Shown piece after piece: positions 46,442 through 56,149 of a DNA stretch of 64,000 nt. The DNA lies in assembly GCA_013138965.1 (NCBI GenBank), contig WTBT01000050.1:4658-68657 (forward strand). The letters run 5' to 3'. Each line of letters begins with the position of its first letter. The first letter of the stretch is position 1. The notes beneath the pieces are model-generated. The model had not been told where the DNA came from. It worked only from the letters and a program-made list of their open reading frames with translations, and did no database searches. This stretch comes from Candidatus Aegiribacteria sp. GTDB lineage: Bacteria; Fermentibacterota; Fermentibacteria; Fermentibacterales; JCC-6. The translations under genes and the position numbers were made by a program.

Positions 46442-48032
46442 TTTCGTCTTCCTTTCCCGTAAGAAGGCGGTCAGGCTGAACCCTGATTCCCCTGAGCTTT
46501 GTAAGATCGGGGGTTATAAGGTCGCGGATATCCTCGATCCCCATGGCAAGCATCGCCATTCTATCGAGGCCGAGTCCCCACGCGATCACGGGTACATCTA
46601 TACCCAGAGGCAGGCAGACTTCAGGCCTGAAGAGACCTGCGCCTCCGCCTTCAACCCATCCGAGAACCGGATGAAAGATATGCATCTCAACCGAAGGTTC
46701 TGTGAAAGGGAAATACCCGGGAAGGAATTTGTAATCGGAAGCACCCGCTATCTCCTCAGCGAACAGTTTGAGAAGTCCCAGAAGATGCCTCAGATTGATC
46801 TGTTCACCAAGCACGATACCTTCCACCTGAAAAAAATCAGGAAGGTGTGTGGAATCAACCTGATCGTACCTGAAACATCTTGCGATGCCGAAATATTTCC
46901 CCGGAATATCGGGATTCGATGCCAGGGTCCTTGCTGACAGCGCGGTTCCCTGGGATCGGAGAATAGTCTGAAGGGACTGTTCACGGCTGAAACTGTAACC
47001 CCAGCCCCTTCCGCCGGTGTTGCCACCGTTCTCATGAACTTCTGCGACCCTCTCCTCCAGTTCCCGCTCAGGAGGGGGTACTTTGATACCGTCACTCAGA
47101 AAATAGACATCGTGGATATCCCTTGCGGGATGGAACTGGGGCATGAAAAGGGCGTCATTATTCCAGAATTCGTTTTCGGCCAGTGAACCTCGCATTTCGG
47201 TGAAACCCAGTGCCATGAAGCGTTTTCTGACCGTATCAAGAAACTGCCTGTAGGGATGCAGCCTTCCTGTATGTATCTGTGAAGGCGGGATATCCAGTTG
47301 ATACCTTCTGAATTTAGCGTGCCTCCATGAACCGTCAGCCAGAATCTCCGGAGTAATGGCTCCGATAGTGACACTCTCCTTCGCCGCTCTGAGAGCGACG
47401 CTCCCCTTTTCAGTGATATCCAGTACCCTGGTTACCACTACATTAACCGTGAACTCGGCTCTGCTTTTTCCCCTTTTCGGGCTCCTGTCGTTAATAATTA
47501 AAACTACATCCTCAGGCAGCCGGGCCATCTTGAGTTCACCACCGTCTGCGAGAGGTTCATAAACAAGGTCCCAGACTTTCTGGAATACTGTCTCTTGCGG
47601 CCCGCAGCTAAGATGAATGCCACTGGCATCCTTTATAAGATGACCGGTTTTCATAAGTGATCCGAATGCGCTGCCCCAGCGTCCCCTGTCGAAGACAGTA
47701 TTCTTCTGAATATCCTGCAGAGACCCTGCGCCTCCGGCCACTTCCCTCAGCATTGCCAGTTCAGGTGTAACACCCGCTTCAAGGTTTGCTATTCCCAGGG
47801 GTCCAAGCTCTACGAATTCTTCCTCATCCCTCGATGCCTCCCTGACAAGTTCTCTGGACAGAAGCCATTCGGCTGCCCTTCTGAAAGAACCCTCATCGGG
47901 AAGATCACTTCTTTCGATTATTTCCTTATCAGATGATTCCCCGTGTTCTTCGAGGTAGACAAGCAGCTTCTCCTCGAGTGGATGCAGATCTCTTTCCTCG
48001 GTCACTTGTTTCCTTTCTACCGGATCTTCCAC
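46434..48032 (-). CDS. pheS: Phenylalanine-tRNA ligase alpha subunit, archaeal/eukaryal-type (long form)
   Basis: FHPARDIHDVYF, FRYDQVDSTH and GLGLDRMAML class II motifs. 532 aa with N-terminal wHTH-like repeats. Confidence 0.85.
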   Translation of the reverse strand: MEDPVERKQVTEERDLHPLEEKLLVYLEEHGESSDKEIIERSDLPDEGSFRRAAEWLLSRELVREASRDEEEFVELGPLGIANLEAGVTPELAMLREVAGGAGSLQDIQKNTVFDRGRWGSAFGSLMKTGHLIKDASGIHLSCGPQETVFQKVWDLVYEPLADGGELKMARLPEDVVLIINDRSPKRGKSRAEFTVNVVVTRVLDITEKGSVALRAAKESVTIGAITPEILADGSWRHAKFRRYQLDIPPSQIHTGRLHPYRQFLDTVRKRFMALGFTEMRGSLAENEFWNNDALFMPQFHPARDIHDVYFLSDGIKVPPPERELEERVAEVHENGGNTGGRGWGYSFSREQSLQTILRSQGTALSARTLASNPDIPGKYFGIARCFRYDQVDSTHLPDFFQVEGIVLGEQINLRHLLGLLKLFAEEIAGASDYKFLPGYFPFTEPSVEMHIFHPVLGWVEGGGAGLFRPEVCLPLGIDVPVIAWGLGLDRMAMLAMGIEDIRDLITPDLTKLRGIRVQPDRLLTGKEDENA

Positions 48033-50380
48033 AGTTCAACATCCTCAATAAGGAACATGCCCTGCTGCGGTCTGGGTACGGCATTCTCTCCCTTGAGAAC
48101 CGCGCCGCAGTCAGGACAGACATATGTATTCGCGGTAAGTTCAGCATCACATTCGGGACATATCAACTGCAATTTATCATCAATGTACATCATAAGTTCA
48201 AGCCCGGAAACATAACCGTTTCCGTTACTGTCCGCATCTCCTCTGGAACCCTGAAGCAGGATCGGAGTGAGAATTCTTTCACTGACACTCAGATCCTCTC
48301 TGGCTGCTGTCAGGATCAGAACATTGCTTCCGGCGGAGAAATCGTTCACAAAACCACCTGAATGACATGCGTCGAAGAAAAAGAAAACCGGTGATACCGC
48401 GAGGGAGTCAACCAGGGATGCTATCTGGTCATCCGATATCTCATCATCGTAAAGACAGAGGTATTCGTTGGCTGAATCCGGTTCCTCGCTTCCTCCCGAA
48501 CCGGGATGCGACTGATCACCATGACCACTGTAGAAAACAATGACCTTATCCTCGGGTCCTGCAGAACTCAGCAGAGAGGATATCCCGCTTATGAATTCTT
48601 CGGAAGTGGCCATGGCGTCCACCAGGAGAATGACATGATCAGGCTCCACTCCCTGCTCTTCGATCAGGAAATCGTACATTTCAACAGCGTCCATGCTTGC
48701 CCTGTTCAGAATATCAGCTGACGAGGGGTAGCCGCTGATCCCTGCGGAAATTGCCCAGATCTCAGCCTCTGGTGATGGTTCCGCCAGACTTGTTCTCTCA
48801 ATTCTGTTCACCTTCAGTTTAAAAGGTGTCTCTCCGCTTCTATCGTACAGGTAGACAGTAATACCGTATTCGGCGCTGTCTTCGACGTATACTTCTACAG
48901 CCTCATCACCTGCCGCATCGACATTGCTTAACCATCCCTCGGCGATCAGATCGAAATCAGGGCCCGAGACGAACAGGTCAAGATCAACTTCCCTGTCCTC
49001 ACCGGTGAGCCCGATATCCAGAATGGTTTCCGATTCGGCCTGAACCGTGAAATACTCCGCGGGTGAGTCCTCGCTGATCACACCGCTGTACTCTCCTTCC
49101 ATCTCTACGGCGTCAGCCCGGGCTATCCTTACGGTAGCGTAACCTCTTGTCTGGATATCACTGAAGAAGGGATCTATCCATACGGTATCTCCCTCCGAAA
49201 CGTACAGCAGGAATTCCTCATCCCCCCGTGCGGAAGCAAACGTAATAGCGGGTTCACCGGCTCCCCTGAAGACTTTTACATCTCCGTCACGGGTTTTCTC
49301 GAAATTCACGCTTATCCTGAACAGCCCTCCATGAATCGGAGAGAACCCGACAGGCAGGTTGCTTCCGGAACCGATATTCACAACTTCTTTGACAGGTATA
49401 AGGTTTGAAAGCGGACCTGGCTCTCTTGTGAACATTTCGTAGGAAACGGTTTCGTTCTCTCCTGTATCGAAAAGAATCACATCCGCAACGACATCATCAC
49501 CTGTCGGCGGAAGCAAGAGTGTCTCAATTGAGGCATAGGACTGTGAGCCCATCAGGTATTCACCGGATGCGTCCCGGATAAGGAGGTCTATATCCGCTCC
49601 GGAAGAGAGTATTGCAAGGTCAAGGAAGAAGCTGGATTCGTGCTCAGGTATGATGTATCTATGAATCTCTCCCGGAGCAATCGATTCTGTCAGGCCAGAG
49701 GGATCGAATTCGGGAAACTGCCCGGAAGGCTCAACCGAGAACTTATATTCGCCTGATCCGCTTTTTCCGTATCTGCTGACGACAGCAGTCACGACTTCTC
49801 CGGGAAGAACCGAAACGGTAACGGTTTCAAATCCTTCAAATGACATACTGCTTCCCCAGAGGCGCATACTCGTGCCGTATACTTCAAGATCGATATCGGT
49901 TCCTCCGGTACCCTCGAGTCTGAATGTCCAGCGGCCCCGGGAGCCTGGAGTAAAAGTGAACGTTTCCGCCATCACATTTCGGCCCAGAGCGCCCTCAACA
50001 TCATCACCGGGGAACAACTCAGCGGGAGATACCTCCTGAACATCGATCTCAGCGGAAAAAGAGGAATAACCATCAACACAAACCAGTTGAACGTAAAACC
50101 AGTAATCGGTGAAAGCTGACAGTATCATATCACTGCCGGATTCTGACTGGCAAAGAATATCACCGTTTTCATCAAAGGCTTTCAGTTGCATCCCATCTGA
50201 CACGGATAATCTCAGACAGACGTAATCATCCTCAAGAATACGTACCCATCCCTCCCCCGAGGAAACATCAACTACCGCCTGCTGACCTGCGGATATCGTC
50301 TCGATTTCCGCAGTATTGGGAAGCACAACGGACAGGATTACCGATGCCAGAAAAATTGATAACATGAAAGCCTCCATCAC
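48017..50380 (-). CDS. Secreted multi-domain protein: PPC-like repeats plus a caspase-fold (C14) peptidase domain plus a C-terminal zinc ribbon
   Basis: Signal peptide. Repeated ...DLDL.V/I... pre-peptidase-like modules. His-Cys dyad context VIVFYSGHGD and FFFFDACHSGGF. C-terminal CPECDAELTANTYVCPDCG. Confidence 0.65.
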   Translation of the reverse strand: MMEAFMLSIFLASVILSVVLPNTAEIETISAGQQAVVDVSSGEGWVRILEDDYVCLRLSVSDGMQLKAFDENGDILCQSESGSDMILSAFTDYWFYVQLVCVDGYSSFSAEIDVQEVSPAELFPGDDVEGALGRNVMAETFTFTPGSRGRWTFRLEGTGGTDIDLEVYGTSMRLWGSSMSFEGFETVTVSVLPGEVVTAVVSRYGKSGSGEYKFSVEPSGQFPEFDPSGLTESIAPGEIHRYIIPEHESSFFLDLAILSSGADIDLLIRDASGEYLMGSQSYASIETLLLPPTGDDVVADVILFDTGENETVSYEMFTREPGPLSNLIPVKEVVNIGSGSNLPVGFSPIHGGLFRISVNFEKTRDGDVKVFRGAGEPAITFASARGDEEFLLYVSEGDTVWIDPFFSDIQTRGYATVRIARADAVEMEGEYSGVISEDSPAEYFTVQAESETILDIGLTGEDREVDLDLFVSGPDFDLIAEGWLSNVDAAGDEAVEVYVEDSAEYGITVYLYDRSGETPFKLKVNRIERTSLAEPSPEAEIWAISAGISGYPSSADILNRASMDAVEMYDFLIEEQGVEPDHVILLVDAMATSEEFISGISSLLSSAGPEDKVIVFYSGHGDQSHPGSGGSEEPDSANEYLCLYDDEISDDQIASLVDSLAVSPVFFFFDACHSGGFVNDFSAGSNVLILTAAREDLSVSERILTPILLQGSRGDADSNGNGYVSGLELMMYIDDKLQLICPECDAELTANTYVCPDCGAVLKGENAVPRPQQGMFLIEDVELWKIR

Positions 50381-50586
50381 TCAAATTACGTTACAATGCT
50401 TGTATCAGTCTATTCTTACAGGATAATATGCAATCCCCGGGCTCCGGTGGACAGGTGTCTACCGGTATACTGTTCTCCAAACTCATCAACTCTTTATAGA
50501 ACCCTGAAATTGAAAAGACCCCAGGCCTCCGCCCCAGTCTTTGGAAATGGTATGTGAACCCGATGCGGATTACATTTCCCTTATAT

Positions 50587-50637
50587 CCCTTGACATTCTA
50601 TATCATCAGTACAGTATGACCCTTGACATTCTATATC
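50587..50637. repeat. Tandem 18-nt repeat cccttgacattctatatc (two copies, 33-nt period) in the ATPase promoter region
   Basis: Copies at 50587-50604 and 50620-50637. A third partial copy is at 22793-22810. Confidence 0.85.
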
Positions 50638-50652
50638 CAGTGCGGCAATAAT
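50623..50652 (+). promoter_or_regulatory. Sigma70-type promoter of the ATPase gene
   Basis: TTGACA (50623-50628), 18-nt spacer, AATAAT (50647-50652). AGGAGG at 50664-50669 precedes GTG 50675. Confidence 0.45.
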
Positions 50653-50674
50653 ATCATCGGCTCAGGAGGTAATT

Positions 50675-52003
50675 GTGAAAAGAATGCTTGAAAAACAGTT
50701 GCTTGAATGGAAAGAATCAAAGCGGCGGAAACCGTTAATTCTGCGTGGTGCACGACAGGTTGGCAAAACATGGCTTGTAGAAAACATTCTTGCTGGAGAA
50801 TTTGAAAACTATGTTAAAATCGATTTAGAGAAGATGAATAATCTTCACCTCTATTTTGAAGGTGAATTGGACCCCAAAAAAATAGTGAACTATTTGGAAT
50901 TGTCGACAAAACCAATCACTCCGGGGAAAACGCTTCTCTTTCTTGATGAAATCCAGGCATGCCCCAGGGCGATTACAGCGCTGAGATATTTTTACGAGGA
51001 TATGCCCGAACTCCATGTTGTTGCTGCCGGTTCCCTGCTTGAATTTGCTTTTGGAGAAATATCTATTCCGGTTGGCAGAGTTCAATACATGCAAGTTTAC
51101 CCTATGTCATTCTATGAGTATCTCAATGCAATTCGCGGAGAATCATTAGCCCAAGAATCTCTTAAACACCCGGGCATAGTGGATGAACAGGTTCAAAATA
51201 TGCTCCTGGAAGAATTACGCAGATATTTCTTTATCGGAGGAATGCCTGAATGTGTTGAGACTTTCAGTGATACCGAATCAATGATTGAAACCTTCAGAGT
51301 TCAATCGGAAGAAATAGAATCATACAGAGATGATTTTTCAAAATATAAGCCGCATGTTGACCCTGCCTGTCTTGATGCAGTTTTTTTGAACTGTGCTAAA
51401 AGTGTTGGAGACCAGCTTATTTATACAAAACTAAATGATGGTCACACCGGTCAGACAAATCGCAAAGCATTTGATCTGCTGAATAAAGCCGGAGTTCTAA
51501 AAAAAATACCTTCCGCAAGCCCATCAGGTCTCCCGCTTGGGGCAACTGCCAATCAAAAAAAGTTCAAGGCATCCATATTGGATATCGGGCTTATGCAGAG
51601 ACTCTGCAGAACTCCTGTTGATCTTGAACTTCAGCGAAAGGATTTACTGACAATCTTCAGAGGGAAACTTGCTGAACAATATGTTGCTCAGGAACTCCTG
51701 GCTTATCACGGACCCGATCTTTTCTACTGGTCGCGAGATGCCAGGGGAAGCAGTGCCGAGGTTGATTATCTTCTGGCATTCAACGGGAATATCTATCCAA
51801 TTGAAGTTAAGTCCGGAGCAGCTGGAAGCTTGAAAAGCCTTCACATGCTGCTGCAAAAGTATCCCAACTGTCCCCGGGGACTTGTTTTGTATGACGGTAC
51901 ATATAAAAGCCTGCCGGAACAGAAACTGGAGTTTTTGCCATTATATAGCACTGGCGGAATGTCAGGAGAACGGATTTCTGATTCACAATATCCTGTTTCT
52001 TAA
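50675..52003 (+). CDS. AAA ATPase of the DUF4143 type
   Basis: Walker A is RGARQVGKTW and Walker B is LLFLDEIQ. C-terminal DUF4143-like region. Confidence 0.75.
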   Translation: MKRMLEKQLLEWKESKRRKPLILRGARQVGKTWLVENILAGEFENYVKIDLEKMNNLHLYFEGELDPKKIVNYLELSTKPITPGKTLLFLDEIQACPRAITALRYFYEDMPELHVVAAGSLLEFAFGEISIPVGRVQYMQVYPMSFYEYLNAIRGESLAQESLKHPGIVDEQVQNMLLEELRRYFFIGGMPECVETFSDTESMIETFRVQSEEIESYRDDFSKYKPHVDPACLDAVFLNCAKSVGDQLIYTKLNDGHTGQTNRKAFDLLNKAGVLKKIPSASPSGLPLGATANQKKFKASILDIGLMQRLCRTPVDLELQRKDLLTIFRGKLAEQYVAQELLAYHGPDLFYWSRDARGSSAEVDYLLAFNGNIYPIEVKSGAAGSLKSLHMLLQKYPNCPRGLVLYDGTYKSLPEQKLEFLPLYSTGGMSGERISDSQYPVS

Positions 52004-52015
52004 GAATACAGTTCC

Positions 52016-52308
52016 AGAGGGGTTGATGTTCCCTGTTTCAGCAGCGATGTTGAAGAAACCTGATCTGTATGATTACGCTCTGGAAGCATATTCCCGACCT
52101 CTGCTGTCCTTGCTGAAATACGGTCTGGATGGATTAGGGCAAATGACTGTCAAGGGAGAGACTGGAAACTTCTATAGATACATAGATATGACGGTACAGG
52201 CAGACACTCTTTGAATTCGTCAAGATGACCGTAGATTACGAACTGGTTATTGAACTGGATTTCCTCGTGAATTACGATAGAGCCAGAAAGGCAATACGCT
52301 GCAACTAA
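52016..52308 (+). pseudogene. Frameshifted C-terminal remnant, possibly of a Fic-family protein (recalled similarity only)
   Basis: ...FPVSAAMLKKPDLYDYALEAYSRPLLSLLKY.LDGLGQMTVKGETGNFYRYIDMTVQADTL* continues in another frame as FEFVKMTVDYELVIELDFLVNYDRARKAIRCN* (stop 52306-52308). Confidence 0.3.
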
Positions 52309-52311
52309 TTT

Positions 52312-53766
52312 CTACTGAATCGTCCGCATTCTTCCGTTTACGCAGGATATAACCGTTCGCTGAGTTTCATATGGATTGATCCGATTTCCATTATCCAGGA
52401 AGAGAGAATCCCCGTAAGAGCTTATTCTGCAGTACACAATGTAATTCGACTCCCTGCCTGTGAACATGGTTACTGCTTCGTTCAATCCGTTTCTGAACAC
52501 ATAAGCTCCTCGGAAACTGTCAGGTATGGCCAGAATAAGAATGCTGTCAGCATCGTATTCCGAAACAGATTGTACAATACTGGAACAGAGCCTGCCTGCC
52601 TGGCGCCAGTTCCCATTTGACCTGTGGAGAAAAATCCCCTGAACAAAAATCAAAACCACAAGAATAACCAGACTTGTTCTGCTTTCTTTGAACAGGGAGA
52701 CAGTTGCGACCGTGAGAAAACCTGCAGCGAACACACCAGGCAGATATAGGAACCTCTCGGACTGAGTATCAAAAAGAGAAACCTTCATGCTCAGTACAGG
52801 AAGAAGAGATACAAAAAAACATCCGATCAGTAGAAGAAGAATCCTTTTCTGCTTCCCGGTTGCCTTTCTATGCAAAGCTATTCCAAAAGGGACCAACAAT
52901 AGAAGGAGGGTAATGGGAACCAGCAATGGAAAGGATAGAACTACTTGTCTTAGAGAGACGGGGAGTGGAGGAATGAATACTCTGAATGTATAGCGTATAA
53001 GATTCTCAGGAATATTAACACCTGATATATCGAGAAACCCTCCGGACCTCAGATTGGAAAAGAAACCGTTACCTGGAATGATTCGGAGAGCAAGATAGAC
53101 TCCCGTAATTAACAGACAAATTAGTAGAAGCCGAAGGTTTCTGCGAAGATTCTCTCTGCTTTTTGCGGCACTGTAGATAAGGAAAATTCCCCAGAGTAAC
53201 GGAGTAATTATTACGCTTTCTTTAGCCATCAGCCCTGCAAAGAACAGAAAAAGCGCAAGAGTTGCCTGAAATATCGATGGATTATTCAACTGGCGGTAGT
53301 AGAAAAACACGGAAAGCAGAGACAGAGCTGTTGCTATAATGTCTGCTCTTCCCGAAATCCATGATACAGATTCAGAGTGAGAAGACAGAGACAAAAACAG
53401 CACACCTGTCAACAATCCGTATAAGCAGGGTTTCCGGAAAGATACTCGGTACATCATAACTCTGAACAATAGAAACACAGCAATGCCTGCCAGGCAATGC
53501 CAGAACAGATTGGTTATATGAAAACCGGTAGAGTTGATACCCCATATACTGTAATCAAAAAGATATGAGAGGGTAGTCGCAGGGCGAAAGAATGCCGTCC
53601 CGTTTTCCCCGCCCCAGCTCGAATAGTAACCCTCGCTGGCTACTCGGTTAACAAGAACAAAGTCATCTGAAACAAAACCTGCCCCCACAATATTTGAGAA
53701 GCACAAAAATACTGTGACAATAAGAATCGAAATCGCTGTTACATGACACTGTTTATCTGACAACAT
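52312..53766 (-). CDS. Polytopic membrane protein, GT-C-like (ArnT/PMT-type) glycosyltransferase candidate
   Basis: More than 10 hydrophobic helices followed by a soluble C-terminal domain. No motif-level confirmation. ATG 53766 is preferred over 53829. Confidence 0.4.
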   Translation of the reverse strand: MLSDKQCHVTAISILIVTVFLCFSNIVGAGFVSDDFVLVNRVASEGYYSSWGGENGTAFFRPATTLSYLFDYSIWGINSTGFHITNLFWHCLAGIAVFLLFRVMMYRVSFRKPCLYGLLTGVLFLSLSSHSESVSWISGRADIIATALSLLSVFFYYRQLNNPSIFQATLALFLFFAGLMAKESVIITPLLWGIFLIYSAAKSRENLRRNLRLLLICLLITGVYLALRIIPGNGFFSNLRSGGFLDISGVNIPENLIRYTFRVFIPPLPVSLRQVVLSFPLLVPITLLLLLVPFGIALHRKATGKQKRILLLLIGCFFVSLLPVLSMKVSLFDTQSERFLYLPGVFAAGFLTVATVSLFKESRTSLVILVVLIFVQGIFLHRSNGNWRQAGRLCSSIVQSVSEYDADSILILAIPDSFRGAYVFRNGLNEAVTMFTGRESNYIVYCRISSYGDSLFLDNGNRINPYETQRTVISCVNGRMRTIQ

Positions 53767-55297
53767 CTCTCCCGTCGAATCGCCAGAGAATAACAGTTCC
53801 TGTGGCCCCCGCCCATCGCTGGAGTTCATCTTCCCTGTGTACTGTAACCCTGTTGGGCAGAGACAAGCTCTGTGCTATGTCAGGAACAAGAAGATCCCAC
53901 GAAGTATAATCCTCGGTGTTCCCCGGACCGGTCCAACTGACTACATAATCTACTCCCATATCCAGCAGATACTCCTGAAGTCTCTTCTGCTGAATAGATT
54001 CTGCCAGGTCTACGCTTCCGGCAAGGCCCTCCATCTGCACTACTCCTCCGCGGAAAAAATAGGCAAAACTACCTGCTCTATCTCCTATCGCTATTAGTAC
54101 AGAATCCCCCATTGAAGAATTCAACTCTTCAGCAATGTGCATGTTCCTGACTCTGAAATCATCGGGATTCTCTCCACCGTAATGCCATCCCCACAATACT
54201 GCCAAGAGAATAGAAAGCAAAAGAAGAAATGCGGAAGAAACATTTAACAGCCTTTTCGGAATCCTCAAACAGTCACACAGTTTCTGCAGGAGAAATGGAA
54301 GGCAGAACGCACAGAAAAGCACAGCAGGGTAGGCATACCAGAACCACAATCGCCAACGGGACAAAAACAGTTGTGAGATTGTGAAAAGAATCAGAAATAC
54401 GCTTACAACTCTTATTGATGGCTTACTCCGTTTAATAAAGAGAATTACAAAAGACAGAGCAAAGAACAGCAGGAACAAACCCCAGGGGCTGCGGAGCCCC
54501 ATTGGATCAGAAAGCAGAAACAACTGCTTTGCAAACAGAGTATTCAAACCTGCTCCAGAGGCTTTGATGCCTCCGGACACAGACATCCACGAACCAAAGA
54601 ACAGTTTGTTCGCAACAAGAAGAAGTATGCCTGCGACTGCCCCGGGAAGAAACACAATAGCAGCGGAAAGCCTTCCATTCTGCTTCATTGCCCATATGCC
54701 TGTCAACACTGCGAGAAGTGCCGCATCAACTCTGGCAAGCCCAACCAGAGCAAGCACACCTCCCAGCACGAGGAGAGATCGAATTGAAGTGGACCGGGTC
54801 ACTCCATCAAGTAAAACCAGGGCAAGCATAGCCAGCGGTATGAGAATTGATGTTTCCATGGCGAGATGAGCGAAATCCCTCAGATATCTGAGAAGAAGAA
54901 GCAATACAAGTAGAACCACCACTGAAGAGTACTGCCTGCTCATTGTTCTGACAACGATAATTCCTGCGAGGAACAGCAGAAAGGAGGAGAGAACACTTAC
55001 TGCTCGAAGAAAGCATATCTGATCGGGAACAACAGAACGGGTTGCTATAAGAATTCCCATCCATAGCGGATGAAAGCCATTGGTAGCAGAAACACCATCG
55101 AAAGAAATGATACCTTCTTCTGCTGCATGCCTGGAAATGGTTGCATAGAAAAAGGCATCATCCTCAAAACGACATACCAGATTGTCTGATGATGCTGACA
55201 AAGCAGTGAAAACATCCAGAATTACCCAAATGGCTAATACAGCCATGAGGCTTAGTGGGCAGTACTTGCGAAGTACCCCCGAAGCTGGATTTCCCAC
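53753..55297 (-). CDS. Polytopic membrane protein, GT-C-like candidate
   Basis: Same architecture as the neighbour and overlaps it by 14 nt. GTG start. Confidence 0.4.
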   Translation of the reverse strand: MGNPASGVLRKYCPLSLMAVLAIWVILDVFTALSASSDNLVCRFEDDAFFYATISRHAAEEGIISFDGVSATNGFHPLWMGILIATRSVVPDQICFLRAVSVLSSFLLFLAGIIVVRTMSRQYSSVVVLLVLLLLLRYLRDFAHLAMETSILIPLAMLALVLLDGVTRSTSIRSLLVLGGVLALVGLARVDAALLAVLTGIWAMKQNGRLSAAIVFLPGAVAGILLLVANKLFFGSWMSVSGGIKASGAGLNTLFAKQLFLLSDPMGLRSPWGLFLLFFALSFVILFIKRSKPSIRVVSVFLILFTISQLFLSRWRLWFWYAYPAVLFCAFCLPFLLQKLCDCLRIPKRLLNVSSAFLLLLSILLAVLWGWHYGGENPDDFRVRNMHIAEELNSSMGDSVLIAIGDRAGSFAYFFRGGVVQMEGLAGSVDLAESIQQKRLQEYLLDMGVDYVVSWTGPGNTEDYTSWDLLVPDIAQSLSLPNRVTVHREDELQRWAGATGTVILWRFDGRDVVR

Positions 55298-55484
55298 AAA
55301 CCCCCACTTCCAAGCTTAAACTCTGGTCGACTGGAAAACTGTAACATTTATACAGATCCTGAATTCTTACTGCGTAACTTAATTAATGTATCTATTATAG
55401 AAACCCAAGAATGAGCAGGTAAAGGTATAGTCTGGCGGGAAAATGCTTGAAATCCTGCATAAGATCAGTTGCTGGAAAGTTCTA

Positions 55485-55931
55485 TTATGAATTCATGAGA
55501 TTCTTGGCATCAATCTTATCTTTTTCACGTCCCGTTGCCAACTTATTTGTAATAAGATTCTGTTTGGATATCACAGGTATCAATAGATTTTCAATTTCTA
55601 TGATTTCTTTACCTTTGGAAGCTTCATCAAATGTCATTCCATCAATTATCGTTATAATGTCAATGCGTCGAGGAGCAACTCCAATCTGAAGAATAGTACC
55701 AGGCTCCGCAAAATCATCCGGTGATATATTTTCAAGAGGCGTGCCGAATCTTTCAAGCGTTTTGTACAGTTTCGAAGCATTTTCAGAATCCGATTTTACA
55801 AAAATATCTATATCAGCAGTTGCCCTTGGAAATCCATGAGCGGCCAGGGCATAGGCACCTACTAATAAAAATTCAACTCTGTTGTCGAGTAATAGAGATA
55901 ACATTTCTTTGTAATCTTGATTCAACATCAT
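55485..55931 (-). CDS. Small nucleotidyltransferase-fold protein (putative TA-type toxin)
   Basis: FLLVGAYALAAHGFPRATADIDIFV is a G[S/A]...D.D minimal NTase motif. ...IGVAPRRIDIIT..., ...NKLATGREKDKIDAKNL. ATG 55931 after GGGAGA. Confidence 0.55.
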   Translation of the reverse strand: MMLNQDYKEMLSLLLDNRVEFLLVGAYALAAHGFPRATADIDIFVKSDSENASKLYKTLERFGTPLENISPDDFAEPGTILQIGVAPRRIDIITIIDGMTFDEASKGKEIIEIENLLIPVISKQNLITNKLATGREKDKIDAKNLMNS

Positions 55932-56070
55932 ATCTCCCTGAAAGTGAATAAATCTCTTCCGTAAGTTCCCAGACAAATGCAAGCGCTTCTGATTTCGATA
56001 TTCCGGCTGCTTCCTCTGTATCATCTTCAACGAATTGAGAAACAGTTACTTTCTTTCGATTCAGTTTCAT
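55873..56070 (-). CDS. Small upstream partner ORF (putative antitoxin)
   Basis: GGAGGG RBS before ATG 56070. 65 aa. Overlaps the NTase start by 59 nt in another frame. Confidence 0.35.
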   Translation of the reverse strand: MKLNRKKVTVSQFVEDDTEEAAGISKSEALAFVWELTEEIYSLSGRYDVESRLQRNVISITRQQS

Positions 56071-56149
56071 GCTCAGCCCTCCATCTTTACTGCATGTCAT
56101 CAATTAGCCAGATTGTCAACCTGGACTAGGAGGCTGTCCAGCAATAGCA

